The position numbers and the translations under genes were made by a program. This document shows, one piece after another, positions 62,205-64,000 of a DNA stretch of 64,000 nucleotides (the stretch's first letter is position 1; the number at the start of each line of letters is the position of its first letter). The DNA is from Acidobacteriota bacterium. GTDB lineage: Bacteria; Acidobacteriota; UBA6911. Where the stretch lies: the NCBI GenBank assembly GCA_963664705.1, contig OY761556.1, positions 6,336,001 to 6,400,000 of the forward strand. The letters are read 5' to 3'. The notes under the pieces are model-generated. The model was given only the letters and a program-made list of their open reading frames with translations. It was not told the DNA's origin and ran no database searches.

Positions 62205-63863
62205 TTGGAGTCCACGGTGGCAGGTTTAAATGAGAATCACAAGCGCAGGCTGGTTGCCGCGTTTGGGCATGCCGACGAGCTGTTGACCCGGTGCCTCAAT
62301 GCCATGTCGCCTTCTAGACCCGGTCAGTTTTCACGTTATGTTCACGACATGTCCCCTTCTGATCAGCACTGGGTTGAGAGTTATATCGGAAAGATTCGCG
62401 AACAAATCTACCGCCTGATGCAGAGGTTTGAGGTGGAGGCGCCGTCTCCGTCTATAGCTTCGAGTTGGGCGCTGAAGACCGGCCTCATATCGCTTGACAT
62501 CTCTCTGGAAGATCTCTACCCCGATCAAATGAAGGGCTACGGGGCAATTGACGAAACGACAGCAGGCGAACTTACATGGACTCTTCAGGAAGTTCGGAGG
62601 CTCTTGAACCAGTTATTTGCTTTTCTGGCAGATGCGGGCGTAGCACAGGAAAAGCGGATACTTCAGCTCAAGGCAGAGCCGTCCCTCGTGAGCATGCTTC
62701 ATCAGTATGCGGCGATCATTTCGCGGCACCACCTCGTCGAGTTTCTCCCAACCCTGAACTCAATAACGCGCAAACTCGAGTCACACCGATATGAAATAGC
62801 GGTGTTCGGGCGCGTAAGCTCCGGGAAGTCTTCTCTGATAAACGAGCTTCTGGGTATTCAGTTGCTGCCGGTGGGTACCACGCCGATTACCGCTGTTCCA
62901 ATCCATATCGTGGCTGGACCCCAGCCGCGGCTACGCGTGACTTTCCTGGATCGAACGGTTGCAATGCGCGCAGAAGCTCTCCCGGAATTTGCGACTGAGC
63001 AGCTTAATCCGGCCAACTCAAAAGGTGTGGTTGGACTTGAACTTTCGGTCCCATCAAAACGCGTGCAGGATGGAGTAGCCTTTGTAGACACTCCCGGAAT
63101 CGCATCCCTCGCAACCACAGGTACAAAGCTTGCCTATGCTTACCTGCCGGACTGCGACTTTGCATTAGTCCTGGTTGACAGCCAATCGACTCTGGGACGG
63201 GATGACCTGGATATTTTGAGAGCGCTCCACACGTCTGGAATACCCTCAGCGGTTTTGATCACCAAATGCGATCTTCTTTCCCGGGAGGAGGTCGACCGGA
63301 CAGTGGCTTATACCCGCTCAGAAATAATGGAGCACTTAGGCCTTCACCCGGACGTGGTTCCTATCAGTTCAAAAGAATCCTGGGTTCCGGAGGTAAACAG
63401 ATGGTTTGATGCTACTATCCTTCCATTATTGGCACGTGCACGGGAATCACTCAACATTTCGACAAACAGAAAATTGCAGTCATTGCGCAATTCAATGCTG
63501 GCCACGCTGGAATCAAAAGCTCGACGCACAATGGGTGCCAGGAAAAACCCAAACGAATTGGAGAGCATCCTTCGTCCAATAGACGAAAGCCTATCGGCAT
63601 TTGCACAAAGCTGGGAAGAGAAACTCGAAAACATCTTGGATTGCACTTCGGAAATTGTTGCGAATGCATCAGTGCAAATGGCGCAGGAGCCGGGCCGTGA
63701 TGGTAAGAGCCGCACGGACATACTTACAAATTCGCTTTTACGTTCTGTAATGTCCCGATGCAATCCGTTCATGAGTGAATACGAAACGTTATCTCGAACG
63801 ATTGCCGATCAGCTTCATCTTCTGGCGACAGAGGCATCAACGCCAGAACAAATCCGACAATAA
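62205..63863 (+). CDS. Bacterial dynamin-like GTPase B (possibly truncated by a premature TAA)
   Basis: G1 GRVSSGKSS, G2 GTTPIT, G3 DTPG, G4 TKCD; the same frame stays open from 63864 to the window end. Confidence 0.82.
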   Translation: MESTVAGLNENHKRRLVAAFGHADELLTRCLNAMSPSRPGQFSRYVHDMSPSDQHWVESYIGKIREQIYRLMQRFEVEAPSPSIASSWALKTGLISLDISLEDLYPDQMKGYGAIDETTAGELTWTLQEVRRLLNQLFAFLADAGVAQEKRILQLKAEPSLVSMLHQYAAIISRHHLVEFLPTLNSITRKLESHRYEIAVFGRVSSGKSSLINELLGIQLLPVGTTPITAVPIHIVAGPQPRLRVTFLDRTVAMRAEALPEFATEQLNPANSKGVVGLELSVPSKRVQDGVAFVDTPGIASLATTGTKLAYAYLPDCDFALVLVDSQSTLGRDDLDILRALHTSGIPSAVLITKCDLLSREEVDRTVAYTRSEIMEHLGLHPDVVPISSKESWVPEVNRWFDATILPLLARARESLNISTNRKLQSLRNSMLATLESKARRTMGARKNPNELESILRPIDESLSAFAQSWEEKLENILDCTSEIVANASVQMAQEPGRDGKSRTDILTNSLLRSVMSRCNPFMSEYETLSRTIADQLHLLATEASTPEQIRQ

Positions 63864-64000
63864 GAATCTCCGAAACTTTCCGGGCTTCCATCCCCGGTAC
63901 TGTCTTTTCTGGATGGACTGGAGATTTCCGGTCCGGGTGTTTTCATGAATGTCAGTCAAGCCACACGCGAGAGGCACTTTCGCAGCGAGCTGAAGCAGGA

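Overview
This 64-kb bacterial window consists almost entirely of accessory DNA. It appears to be two tandem islands meeting at a 3'-half tRNA-Met (att-like) fragment at about 26.65 kb. The left part (1-26.6 kb) is a dense defence island. It contains a BREX-like locus (partial pglX, pglZ, brxL) with AIPR and an ABC-ATPase/DUF4276-like pair inserted. It also has an McrBC pair whose McrB carries a DpnI-like winged-helix domain, and a short prokaryotic Argonaute with an Mrr-like/TIR/APAZ partner whose TIR appears to lack the catalytic Glu. These are followed by a satellite-like core (excisionases, frameshifted primase, AAA helicase, repeat-rich putative ori, tyrosine integrase). The right part (26.7-64 kb) starts with ParA and an HTH replication-initiator-like gene containing iteron-like repeats. 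That origin-like segment recurs twice more as orphan copies. The cargo comprises a Mo/Se/S module, an ABC-2 exporter, M-box-controlled NRAMP, AbiE TA, a NikR-controlled TonB/ABC uptake operon, def and an RND efflux operon. The window ends with a cluster of three fluoride riboswitches controlling two bacterial dynamin-like GTPases, enolase, an MFS transporter, DUF190, a CPA2 antiporter and a USP, with no Fluc or CLC exporter visible. All calls come from reading motifs by eye; no database searches were run.
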